A stretch of 64,000 bases of DNA from an uncultured Eubacterium sp. (lineage in GTDB: Bacteria; Bacillota; Clostridia; Oscillospirales; Acutalibacteraceae): the NCBI GenBank assembly GCA_944380635.1, contig CALWID010000001.1:88374-152373 (forward strand), written 5' to 3'. Each line of letters opens with the position of its first letter. Positions within the stretch are counted from its first letter, which is position 1. The notes below the pieces were generated by a model, which was not told the origin of the DNA, did no database searches, and saw only the letters and a program-made list of their open reading frames with translations. A program made the position numbers and the translations under genes. Below, one piece after another: positions 38,374 to 48,400 of this stretch.

Positions 38374-38634
38374 GTGATTACAATGAGCCAAAATAATTTT
38401 AATGAAAAAAATATTGATAAAATGCTTAAGGGCACTAAAAGCGGGTCAAAAATAGACGCGTCCTCGCTTAAATCCGCCGCCGAAAGCGGAAAACTAAACG
38501 AATACCTCAGTAAAAATCTGCCTCCGGACGCGCAGAAAAAAATAAACAGCGTTTTATCCGATAAAGAGGCGCTTAAAAAACTGCTCTCAGGCAGGGAGGC
38601 GCAGGAACTTCTTAAAAAATTCGGAAAGGAATAG
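38374..38634 (+). CDS. Small conserved hypothetical protein
   Basis: Helical; LPPDAQKKINSVLSDKEALKKLL; first of three co-oriented small genes. Confidence 0.65.
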   Translation: MITMSQNNFNEKNIDKMLKGTKSGSKIDASSLKSAAESGKLNEYLSKNLPPDAQKKINSVLSDKEALKKLLSGREAQELLKKFGKE

Positions 38635-38637
38635 AAT

Positions 38638-38994
38638 ATGGATAATTTAAACGATATAATCGCGAATCTTTCCCCGTCCGATATAAATATGCTCAAGGGC
38701 GTGGCGCAGTCTATTCTCGGCGGTGAAAACGAGGATAATCCCCCGGAAAAGGAAAGCCGCCCCGCGCCGGCGCAGGCAAATTCAAATCCGCTCGGCTTAG
38801 GAGCGGATGATTTTAAAATGATGATGAAAGCAAAAACTATTTTTGATAAAATGAATAAAGCGTCAAATAAAAATACAGACCTTATCCTTGCCCTGAAACC
38901 GCATCTCTCGCCCGAAAACAGGAATAAGGCGGATGTAGCCGTAAAAATACTGAAACTTTTTGATATTCTGCCTATGCTTAAGGATTTGTTTTAA
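38638..38994 (+). CDS. Small conserved hypothetical protein
   Basis: C-terminal LILALKPHLSPENRNKADVAVKILKL motif; GGA upstream of the start. Confidence 0.7.
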   Translation: MDNLNDIIANLSPSDINMLKGVAQSILGGENEDNPPEKESRPAPAQANSNPLGLGADDFKMMMKAKTIFDKMNKASNKNTDLILALKPHLSPENRNKADVAVKILKLFDILPMLKDLF

Positions 38995-39048
38995 ACGCCT
39001 GAATTTTCCCGCGGCGATATTGAGGAGGCTAAAAAAAGGGTAAGGGAG

Positions 39049-39324
39049 ATGCATGAAAAAGCGTCGTCATATGTTGGGCGCGGCTCGCCCGGCGCAAATG
39101 CGCGCGAATCAGCGCATAAACCGAATGACAAAACGGCGCCTGAAGGGCGGAATGATGACGACGGCTGTTTTTATAACGAGAAAAATGAAAACTCCCGCGA
39201 AGATGAATTACAGCAGGAAAAAAGCGGCGATTCAACTTTAATTCTGCTTATTATCCTGATTCTTCTTTCGCAGGGTGAAACTGATGACAAACTGCTGCTC
39301 GCGCTGCTTTATCTGCTGTTTTAG
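39049..39324 (+). CDS. Small hypothetical protein with hydrophobic C-terminal motif
   Basis: Polar N-terminus then LILLIILILLSQGETDDKLLLALLYLLF; GGGAG upstream. Confidence 0.65.
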   Translation: MHEKASSYVGRGSPGANARESAHKPNDKTAPEGRNDDDGCFYNEKNENSREDELQQEKSGDSTLILLIILILLSQGETDDKLLLALLYLLF

Positions 39325-39438
39325 CGGGCAGTTTTTTTATTATCCGGCGTTAAAAAATTGTTAAATAAATAATATATGGAAATAATTGTAATATTATGCT
39401 ATGATATATAAGTTAAAACAATAATACGGAGGTCTAAA

Positions 39439-40725
39439 ATGGCTGATTATAACATTTATGAGGTTTCAAACGGGGCGCTGGTTATAGCCGTCCCCGCAGA
39501 CCGCTTTAAAACGAATGAAATATCCATCTCCTTTTCAACGCCGCTTACCGCGCAGAGCGCTGCGGTAAATGCCGTTGTGCCGTTTATACTTTCAAGAACT
39601 TGTGCCGAATATCCGTCAATTCTTGAGTTAAACAGAAAACTTGCGTCTTTATACGGAGCGCAGACTGCGCCCGCCGTTATTAAAAGCGGGGAAATTCAGC
39701 AGTTAAAATTAGGTATGACCTGCCTTGACGACCGCTTTTCACTTGACGGCGGAAAGATAACTGCACAATGTGTTGAATTGCTGCTTTCAATGGCATTTGA
39801 GCCGTCGCTTGACGAAAACGGCGTTTTTCTGGCGGAAAATACCGAGAGGGAAAAAAGGGTGCTCATTGAAAAAATAGAGGGCGAGGAAAACGAAAAAAGA
39901 GTTTACGCCCTTAACCGCGCGCAGGAAATTATGTTTGAGGGCGAGCCTTTTGCCGTAAACAGATTCGGCACAAAGGAAAGCGTAAGCGCTGTAACGCCCG
40001 AATCCGCAACCGCCGCGTGGAAAAAACTGCTTCAAAATTCAAAGATAGTTATAACCGCGGTCGGCAGCGCAAACGCGCAGGAAATTGCGGATATGCTTGC
40101 AAACAGGCTGTCAAATATCAGCAGAAATTATCAGCCGCTTGCCAAAACGGTTATTAACAGCAGCGTTAAATCCGTAAAGCGTGTAACCGAAAGGCAAAAG
40201 GTGCGCCAGGGCAAACTTGTTATGGGCTTTAAAGTTAATTGTAACCCTGAAGACAAAGAAAAAACCGCGGCAATGCGCTCTTTTTGCGATATTTTCGGCG
40301 GCGGCCCGTATTCAAAACTTTTTGCGAATGTGCGTGAAAAGATGAGCCTTTGTTATTACTGCTCCGCCAGATTCACACGCCAAAAAGGCTTTGTAGCGGT
40401 GCAGAGCGGCTGTGAAGAGGAAAATATGGAAAAGGCTGAAAACGAAATACTGAATCAACTTGAGGAAATTAAAAAAGGCAATTTTGATTATGAGTTTACT
40501 TCCTCAAAGGCGGCGCTGACTGACGCGCTTGATTCCGTTTATGATTCGCCGGAATCAATAGAGGCGTGGTACGGTTTGCAAAGCCCTGAAAACGGCTATA
40601 CATCCCCTCAGGAAAGCGCAAAACTCAACAATGCCGTAACAAAAGAGCAGATTATTGATTGCGCAAACAGCGTAACGCTTGATACGGTGTATAAACTTGT
40701 TTCTGAACAGGAGGAAGATAAATGA
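39439..40725 (+). CDS. ymfF: M16 peptidase-family protein, non-catalytic (YmfF-like)
   Basis: DRFKTNEI and SKLFANVREKMSLCYY motifs; no HxxEH; paired with a YmfH-like gene. Confidence 0.75.
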   Translation: MADYNIYEVSNGALVIAVPADRFKTNEISISFSTPLTAQSAAVNAVVPFILSRTCAEYPSILELNRKLASLYGAQTAPAVIKSGEIQQLKLGMTCLDDRFSLDGGKITAQCVELLLSMAFEPSLDENGVFLAENTEREKRVLIEKIEGEENEKRVYALNRAQEIMFEGEPFAVNRFGTKESVSAVTPESATAAWKKLLQNSKIVITAVGSANAQEIADMLANRLSNISRNYQPLAKTVINSSVKSVKRVTERQKVRQGKLVMGFKVNCNPEDKEKTAAMRSFCDIFGGGPYSKLFANVREKMSLCYYCSARFTRQKGFVAVQSGCEEENMEKAENEILNQLEEIKKGNFDYEFTSSKAALTDALDSVYDSPESIEAWYGLQSPENGYTSPQESAKLNNAVTKEQIIDCANSVTLDTVYKLVSEQEEDK

Positions 40726-41990
40726 TTCACGAATCAAAAGAACTCAGAGAGCGCCTTTATGAAATAGACCATAGTTCAGGGCTTAAGATATTTGTTATGC
40801 CCAAGGAAAATTATAAATCCACTTATGCTGTTTTCGGCACAAAATACGGCTCCATAGATACCTGTTTTAAACGCAGTGATAAGGATGAATATACCCGTGT
40901 GCCTGAGGGTATTGCTCATTTTCTTGAGCATAAACTTTTTGAAAGCGAGGAACTGGACGCTTTTACAAGATATGCCGAAACGGGAGCGTCTGCAAACGCA
41001 TATACTTCGTTTGACAAGACCTGCTATCTTTTTCAGTGTTCGGACAGATTTGAGGACAGCCTTCGCATACTTCTTGATTTTGTTACTCACCCTTATTTCA
41101 CAAAGGAAACCGTTGAAAAGGAGCAGGGCATAATCGGGCAGGAAATAACTATGTATTATGATGTGCCCGGCTGGATGGGAACTTTTAACCTGCTTCGCTG
41201 TCTTTATAAAAACCACCCGGTCAGAATAGATATAGCGGGCACGGTTCAGTCAATTTCTCAAATTACGGACAAACTGCTTTATGACTGCTACAACACCTTT
41301 TATAATCTTAACAATATGGCGCTTGCCGTTGTGGGCAATGTTCAGCCTGAAGATGTTGTAAAAATCTGCGATGAAATGCTTAAAAAATCCGAAAATGTTA
41401 CTATTGAGCGTGTTTTTGACGAAGAACCGCGCGATATAGTTAAGCCGTATGAAGAATATCATTTGGCGGTTAGTATGCCGGTATTTTCTTTTGGATATAA
41501 AGAGGCGTGCAAAACACCTGTTCGCACTGTAAAAGAAACTGTTGAAATGGATATTTTGCTGGAGATACTTGCGGGTGAAACCTCAAATCTTTACAGTTCT
41601 CTTTTTGAAAAAGGGCTTATAAACTCATCTTTTTCAAAGGAATATTTTACCGGAAACGGGTATGAGGCTGTTATTTTTGAGGGCGAAAGCACAAACGCAA
41701 AAGCAGTATCACAGGCAATAAAAGATGAAGTTGCAAGGCTCAGAAAAGACGGCATTTCAGATTCTGCTTTTGAAGCGGCGCGCCGCAGCCTTTACGGGCG
41801 CGAAATAATGTCTTATAATGTAACGGACGATGTTGCAAACGCCATAATAGGCTGTTACTTTGCCGGATACTCAATTTTTGACTCGCTTGAAATTTATAAA
41901 AATGTTAAAAAGGAAGATATAGAAAAACTTCTTTGTGAAAAACTTGATGAAAGATACAGCGCTCTTTCAGTAGTAAAATCAGAGGAATAA
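40722..41990 (+). CDS. ymfH: M16 zinc peptidase (YmfH-like)
   Basis: PEGIAHFLEHKLF (HxxEH), NAYTSFDKTCY and VEKEQGIIGQEI motifs. Confidence 0.82.
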   Translation: MIHESKELRERLYEIDHSSGLKIFVMPKENYKSTYAVFGTKYGSIDTCFKRSDKDEYTRVPEGIAHFLEHKLFESEELDAFTRYAETGASANAYTSFDKTCYLFQCSDRFEDSLRILLDFVTHPYFTKETVEKEQGIIGQEITMYYDVPGWMGTFNLLRCLYKNHPVRIDIAGTVQSISQITDKLLYDCYNTFYNLNNMALAVVGNVQPEDVVKICDEMLKKSENVTIERVFDEEPRDIVKPYEEYHLAVSMPVFSFGYKEACKTPVRTVKETVEMDILLEILAGETSNLYSSLFEKGLINSSFSKEYFTGNGYEAVIFEGESTNAKAVSQAIKDEVARLRKDGISDSAFEAARRSLYGREIMSYNVTDDVANAIIGCYFAGYSIFDSLEIYKNVKKEDIEKLLCEKLDERYSALSVVKSEE

Positions 41991-42003
41991 CGGAGAATTT
42001 GTT

Positions 42004-42999
42004 ATGAGCAATTATACAGAGGTGTTTTTTGACGGGCTCGGCGTCAGTTTTAATATTCCGTCCGTAGCGTTTACCATCGGCGGATACGAGGTGCACTGGT
42101 ACGGAATAATAATCGCTTTCGGATTTGCTCTTGCCGTCCTTTACGGCGGGCGAACAGCGTATAAATGGAAAATGAGCCTGGACGGAATGACTGATGTTCT
42201 TATTTGGGGCACTCTTTTCGGCATAGTTTTTGCAAGGCTATATTATGTTGTTTTTGAATGGGATTATTTTTCGCAGAACCCGGGGGAAATAATTGCTATC
42301 TGGCACGGCGGTATCGCCATTTACGGCGGAATTATCGGCGCGCTGATAGGCGGCTGGATAGGCGCTAAGATAGGCAAGATAGATTTTGCAAACCTGCTTG
42401 ATGTAGGCGCGCTCGGTCTGCTTATAGGCCAGGGAATAGGCCGCTGGGGCAATTTCTTTAATCAGGAGGCTTTCGGCACTAATACGGAAACTGCTCTTTT
42501 CCGTATGTGGTCAACAAAAATACGCGATCAACTTGCCTCTAATCAATATGAACTCCTTCAAAAAGGTATGGAGGTTGACCCGAATGTTCCCGTTCACCCC
42601 ACATTCCTTTATGAAAGCGTGTGGTGTATAGCGCTGTTTTTAATTCTTCATTTCTTTGTTAAGAAAAGAAGAAAGTTTAAGGGCGAAATATTTTTGCTTT
42701 ACGGTATCGGATACGGGCTTGAAAGAATGGTTGTTGAGGGTCTCAGAACGGACAGCCTTTATATCGGCTCAACAACAATTCGCGTCAGCCAACTTCTTTC
42801 TGCCGTTATCGTTGTTTTGTTTACGGTATGGCTTATAGTTAATTTAAGAAAACTTAAAAAAGGCACTTTGCCAAGAAGGTATCTTATAAATCCGCCGCCG
42901 ATGCCGCCGGTGTATTGCCCGGTGCCGCAGAAATATAAGTATTCCGTATGCAAAACCGCTGCGGAAAATGATTTCTTTTTCAGCGTTAAAAAATCGTAA
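42004..42999 (+). CDS. lgt: Prolipoprotein diacylglyceryl transferase
   Basis: WYG, ARLYY, GGIAIYGG, GRWGNFFNQE, HPTFLYES and EGLR motifs. Confidence 0.96.
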   Translation: MSNYTEVFFDGLGVSFNIPSVAFTIGGYEVHWYGIIIAFGFALAVLYGGRTAYKWKMSLDGMTDVLIWGTLFGIVFARLYYVVFEWDYFSQNPGEIIAIWHGGIAIYGGIIGALIGGWIGAKIGKIDFANLLDVGALGLLIGQGIGRWGNFFNQEAFGTNTETALFRMWSTKIRDQLASNQYELLQKGMEVDPNVPVHPTFLYESVWCIALFLILHFFVKKRRKFKGEIFLLYGIGYGLERMVVEGLRTDSLYIGSTTIRVSQLLSAVIVVLFTVWLIVNLRKLKKGTLPRRYLINPPPMPPVYCPVPQKYKYSVCKTAAENDFFFSVKKS

Positions 43000-43026
43000 T
43001 TAAAAATTTATTTTAGGTGATGAGTT

Positions 43027-43878
43027 ATGAATATTATAGACGGAAAAGCCGTTTCGGCATCAGTGCGTGAGCGTGTAAGGCTTGAAACGCAGGAACTTAA
43101 AAAGCAGGGTGTAACGCCCGGCCTTGCGGTAATTATAGTGGGCGATGACCCCGCTTCGCAGGTGTATGTAAGAAATAAAGAAAAAGCGTGCGCCGAGGTG
43201 GGCTTTTACAGTGAAAAATATGCCCTGCCGTCAAGCACCACTCAGCAGGAACTTAATAATCTTGTAAAAGAACTTAATGCGCGGGAAGAAATAAGCGGCA
43301 TACTCTGCCAACTTCCGCTGCCGGGGCACCTTAATGATAAAGAAGTTATAGAACTTATTGACCCTATTAAAGATGTTGACGCTTTTCACCCGGTAAATGT
43401 AGGCAGAATTATGATAGGCGATTATAATTTTCTGCCCTGCACTCCCGCCGGGATAATGGAACTTATCCGTTCTGCCGGCGTTGAAACAAAGGGCAAAAAA
43501 GCCGTTGTAATGGGCAGAAGCAATATTGTGGGCAAACCTATGTCCATGCTGCTTTTGCACGCGGACTGCACTGTTGAAATAACCCATTCAAAAACCGAAA
43601 ACCTAAAAGATATAACAAAAACGGCGGATATACTTGTTGCCGCAATAGGCAGGGCAAAATTTGTTACCGCGGATATGGTAAAGGACGGCGCCGTGGTTAT
43701 AGATGTTGGTATGAACAGGGATGAAAACGGAAAACTCTGCGGCGATGTTGATTTTGACAGCGTTGCTCCAAAGTGCTCATTCATAACGCCTGTTCCCGGC
43801 GGCGTGGGGCCTATGACTATTTCTATGCTTATGCAAAATACTCTTACCGCCGCAAAACTTCAGAATAATATTAAATAA
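43027..43878 (+). CDS. folD: Bifunctional methylenetetrahydrofolate dehydrogenase/cyclohydrolase
   Basis: YVRNK, QLPLP, KDVDAFHP, PCTPAG, GRSNIVGKP and PVPGGVGPMT motifs. Confidence 0.98.
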   Translation: MNIIDGKAVSASVRERVRLETQELKKQGVTPGLAVIIVGDDPASQVYVRNKEKACAEVGFYSEKYALPSSTTQQELNNLVKELNAREEISGILCQLPLPGHLNDKEVIELIDPIKDVDAFHPVNVGRIMIGDYNFLPCTPAGIMELIRSAGVETKGKKAVVMGRSNIVGKPMSMLLLHADCTVEITHSKTENLKDITKTADILVAAIGRAKFVTADMVKDGAVVIDVGMNRDENGKLCGDVDFDSVAPKCSFITPVPGGVGPMTISMLMQNTLTAAKLQNNIK

Positions 43879-44000
43879 TATTTTAACTGTTTAATTATAT
43901 TAAGCGTATTTTTTACATAGAATTTACTCAATTGGGATATTAAAATAATATACTAAGTATTAATTATTAATCTTTGCTTGATATATAAAGGTATGGTCTT

Positions 44001-44831
44001 ATGGAAATTATTGAAATCATAAAAGCGTTGGTGCTCGGAATTGTAGAGGGCATAACTGAATGGCTGCCCATCAGTTCAACCGGGCATATGATACTCGTTG
44101 ATGAATTTTTAAAACTTAATGTATCAGAGGAATTTAAAAGTATGTTCCTCGTTGTTATCCAACTCGGCGCTATTCTTGCCGTTGTTGTGCTGTATTTCAA
44201 AAAACTTATTCCGCTTGATGTGCAAAATAAAAAACTGCACTGGAAAAAAGATACCCTTGTAATGTGGCTTAAAATAATCGTATCCTGTATCCCGGCGGCA
44301 ATAGTGGGCGTGTTTTTTGACGATGAACTTGAAGCCGTGTTTTATAATTGGCAAACGGTTTCCGCCGCTCTGATTATTTTCGGTATCCTGTTTATAATTA
44401 TTGAAAAGCGCAACCGCAGCAGGGAGCCTAAAATAAATTCCATAAATGATATATCGTATAAAACAGCAGTAATAATCGGTATCTTTCAACTTATAGCCGC
44501 AGTTTTCCCCGGCACTTCAAGAAGCGGCGCAACTATCGTGGGCGCTCTTTTGATAGGCGTTTCAAGGTCAGTAGCCGCTGAATATACTTTTTTCCTTGCA
44601 GTACCCGTAATGTTTGGCGCAAGCGCGCTTAAACTTGTTAAATTCGGCTTTAATTTTACTTCTCAGGAACTTGTTATTCTTTTTGTGGGGCTTGTTTCGG
44701 CGTTCGTCGTTTCAATCCTTGCTATAAAATTCCTTATGAATTATATCAAAAAACATGATTTTACCGCTTTCGGCTGGTATAGAATCGTGCTCGGCGCAGC
44801 AGTTATTCTCTATTTCGCTGTTGCCGGCTGA
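44001..44831 (+). CDS. uppP: Undecaprenyl-diphosphate phosphatase
   Basis: [17 protein letters not shown] and [11 protein letters not shown] motifs. Confidence 0.97.
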   Translation: MEIIEIIKALVLGIVEGITEWLPISSTGHMILVDEFLKLNVSEEFKSMFLVVIQLGAILAVVVLYFKKLIPLDVQNKKLHWKKDTLVMWLKIIVSCIPAAIVGVFFDDELEAVFYNWQTVSAALIIFGILFIIIEKRNRSREPKINSINDISYKTAVIIGIFQLIAAVFPGTSRSGATIVGALLIGVSRSVAAEYTFFLAVPVMFGASALKLVKFGFNFTSQELVILFVGLVSAFVVSILAIKFLMNYIKKHDFTAFGWYRIVLGAAVILYFAVAG

Positions 44832-44843
44832 TATAATCTTTCC

Positions 44844-44875
44844 CGCGCCTGACTTTTGTCCGGCGCGTTTTTTTT
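44844..44875 (+). terminator. Intrinsic terminator after uppP
   Basis: CGCGCC-T-GAC/GTC-C-GGCGCG stem followed by a T8 run. Confidence 0.8.
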
Positions 44876-44896
44876 GCGCCAATTACCCTCATATCT

Positions 44897-45222
44897 CTCC
44901 CCTGTGTGAACTACCCCTTTTTAGCCTCCCCTGTGTAAGGGGAGGTGTCAACGGAGTTGACGGAGGGGTTGTTGTGAGCCGCCGAAACACATAAAAAACA
45001 AAAAAATAATTAACAATCCCTCAGTCAAAGCTGCGCTTTGCCAGCTCCCTTTACACAAGGGAGCCGAAACGGCGACCTTATTTCTTTAGTGCCTCCCCTG
45101 TGCAAGGGAGCGGTTTCAACGCAAGTCGCCCCCACTTCACCGCCTCCCCTGTGTGAACTATCCCTTTTTTGCCTCCCCTGTGCAAGGGGAGGTGTCAACG
45201 GAGTTGACGGAGGGGTTGTTGT
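44897..45222. repeat. Cluster of REP-like double-hairpin palindromic repeats
   Basis: 79-bp direct repeats at 44897-44975 and 45144-45222 (3 mismatches), an inverted diverged copy at 45013-45065 and a partial copy at 45091-45110. Core: GCCTCCCC-TGTGTAA-GGGGAGGT then GTCAAC-GGA-GTTGAC. Confidence 0.9.
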
Positions 45223-45282
45223 AGTCCGTGGGGGTTGTTCATAGTCCGTAGGGATTGATATAGTCCGTAAAGTTTGTTCATA
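45222..45282. repeat. Three degenerate 19-20 bp tandem repeats starting TAGTCCGT
   Basis: TAGTCCGTGGGGGTTGTTCA / TAGTCCGTAGGGATTGATA / TAGTCCGTAAAGTTTGTTCA. Confidence 0.75.
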
Positions 45283-45362
45283 AAAGGCATATTGTCAATA
45301 CTTTTTTAAAAAATAGCAAGTGCAAATTTTGTCATTTTCATAGCACATTTTTGTAATCTTGA

Positions 45363-45391
45363 TTGACAAAAATTTGTCGATATACTAAAAT
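45363..45391 (+). promoter_or_regulatory. Sigma-A promoter of the subtilase-LRR gene with overlapping palindrome
   Basis: TTGACA (45363-45368), 17-nt spacer, TAAAAT (45386-45391); GACAAA-AA-TTTGTC overlaps the -35. Confidence 0.7.
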
Positions 45392-45471
45392 TAAATTAAA
45401 GTAGTGAAAGTTTTTTTGGCTTTTCGCTGTATATACATATATGTTCATATTTAATAAAGGGGTGAAAACTT

Positions 45472-48400
45472 ATGAAAAAATTTCTTGCTTTGTTTTTGAC
45501 TTTGATGATGATAATATCATCCCTTAGTATTGCCTTTCCTGTATTTGCAGATACGGGAGCGGAAGTTGATACGGTAGTAGATGAACTTTCGGAACTGTAC
45601 AGAGACGAGGCGGAAGATGATAAAAGTATAGAAGATTCCGCTGCCAGCCGTGTAATCGTTAAGGCAAATATTAAGCCGGAAACTTACGGCGATGCTGAAA
45701 TGATAAAAGGTACAGATGATATTTACATTTATCAGTATGAAACAGCATCTGAAGCAGCCAGCGCCCTCGAATATTATGACTCCCTAAATTATGTTAAATG
45801 GGCAGAAACGGACGGTATTATGGAAGGTCAATCCCTTTCCTACGGCAACCAAATGGTCGGCGGAGACGAGGCAAAGACATATGTTTCTACCCACAATGTT
45901 GAGTTGAACGATGTGAATGTTGCGCTTGTTGATTCAGGAGTGCTGTTCTCAAACTCAATGTTCGACGGCAGAGTTACGGATTCGGGCGTGAATTTGTCTG
46001 ATACAGGTGATAAAAATACAGCTTCAGACGGTAATGGTCACGGTTCGCATATTGCAAGCATAATCATAGATAATACAACGGATAATGTGCATATAACGGC
46101 ATATAAAGTGCTGAATCAATATAGAGTGGGAACGCACCTTGCTGTTGCAACAGGTATAAATATGGCGGTAGATGATGGCGCAGATATAATCAGCCTTAGT
46201 ATAACATCAGAAGACAGATCCGAACTCATTATTGATGCCGTGAAAAATGCTTATGAAAATGGCGTAATAATTGTAAACAGCGCCGGCAATAATTCTGACG
46301 ATGTTGCAAATTATTATCCTGCTAATATGGATGAAGTATTTACTGTTGGCGCTACCGATGAATTTGGTCGTCGTGCGTTTTTTACTAATTTCGGTGAAGA
46401 AATAGACTTTGTTGCACCGGGACATGATATTGAGATGACCGGTTTCCACGAACTCATAGATACGAAAAATCCAACAGATAACGGAACATCTTTTTCAGTA
46501 CCTTATGTTACTGCGGCAGCTGCTATGGTATTAAGCGTTGATCCTAATCTGGGAATTGAGGAGGTAAAGCAAAGGCTTATTGATTCCTGCATACCTATGG
46601 AATCGCTGCAATTTAGAGATGGATTTCATCCGATTGAAGATTATGATCCTGTTACAGCTTGGTATTTGGCGGAAAGCGATCCTTTAACTGAAGAAGAGTG
46701 CTACGGCTACGGTATGCCTCAAATACTCAGAGCAATGCAGATAACGGAAAAAAACAGCCCCGTTGAGTTTTCCGTTCAGTCGGGTTCTTATCACGAAACC
46801 TTTGAGCTTACACTCACCGCCGATGAAGGTTCAGATATATATTACACAACTGAAGAAGTTTACCCCTCACCGGAAAACTCGACTCTATATACAGGTTCTA
46901 TTGAAGTATCTGAGACCATGTCCGTAAGGGCTATAGCAGTATCAGATGATAAATCAAAGAGTACACCGGTAGCCTGTGAATACAAAATGTCTTACTACGC
47001 AGATGAAGATGATTTTGAGATAGATGACAGAGGGTATATTACAAAATACACAGGTAATTTGCGTGAACTGATAGTACCGGAAACCATAGACGGAATAACC
47101 GTTAAAGGTGTTGCTGAATATGGTATTAGCAGACAATCTTTAAGGACCATTGTATTCCCGGATACAGTTGAAGAATTAGAAGACTATTCGTTATGTAATT
47201 GTTATTATATTGATTTTATAATAGGTCACGGCATAAAAAGAATAGGTACTGAAATGACCTGGAGTGAAATACTGGTTCTTGATACACCTGCGGTCGAAAC
47301 TATAGGAGAACTTGCATTTCAATATGTCGGTCGGGAATTATATCTGCCCGAACTGTGTGAAGCCGGTAATTATCTATTTAACGGTGCGCAAAATCTAAAG
47401 GAAGTTAACTTTCCTAAACTAAAAGCAGTAAGTTACAAAATGTTTTCGGATTGTTATATTTTAAGAACTGTTAAATTGGATAGTGTTGAATCCGTTGATG
47501 CAGATGCCTTTGCAAACTGTTATCTGCTAAAAAATATTTATATGCCCGAGTTAAAACATTTGATCAGTGTTAATAAACCGGACGAAGGAACTTTTTACAG
47601 ATGTTTTAACTTAACGGAAGTAAGCTTCCCTCTTGTTCAAGAGATCCCTGATCTTTGTTTTAATGATTGTGAAAAACTTGTTAAAGCAAATTTTGAAAGT
47701 GCCGTTTCCATTGGCTACAGTGCATTTGGTTATTGTTACGAGTTAAATGAAATACATTTCCCAAAATTGAAAGAAATAAATTTCAGAGGATTTTTGGACA
47801 CAGCTCTTTCTGAGGTAAATCTTCCATCATTAGTAACCATTGGTGAAGAGGCTTTTTGTAATTCTACAATCAGTTCGTTATACGCACCCAGTCTTGAAAT
47901 CATAGAATACAACGCCTTTTCATACCTTAGAATGGAAACACATATACAAAATCAAACTTTAAAGCACTTATATGCACCAAAACTCACAACATTATCCGAC
48001 GAGGCTTTGGCTTATACAGGCGGACTTACTGAACTTGATCTTCCAAACCTTAAAACCATAGGTGAAAACGCTTTTTATGAAAGCGGAGTAAATTATCTTT
48101 ACGCACCTGAACTTCAAACAGCGGAAAGTCTGCCTGTTGCTGAAAACGCAGTTGTGGTTGTATCTGATAAACTGACAAATTGTACCTTTGAGCCGACAGA
48201 TAAATCCTTAACTATCCAAGGTGTTAAAGACTCATACAGTCAGGAATATGCAGAATCAAACGGTCTTGAATTTATTGATGTTAACGCTATGGGTGGATCA
48301 ATAAGGGTTACAGACGCAGGACTTAGATTTGGATATTCATTCTATGACACGCAGAAAAAGAATGTTGAGGAATATGGCTTTGTCTATGCCGCCGGAGAGC

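Noticed and set aside
44755-45244. ORF-track entries 44755..44994 and 45038..45244 sharing the peptide LPCxRGGVNGVDGGVVV
   Set aside because: The shared peptide comes from the 79-bp palindromic DNA repeat; there is no RBS and the first ORF overlaps uppP out of frame.
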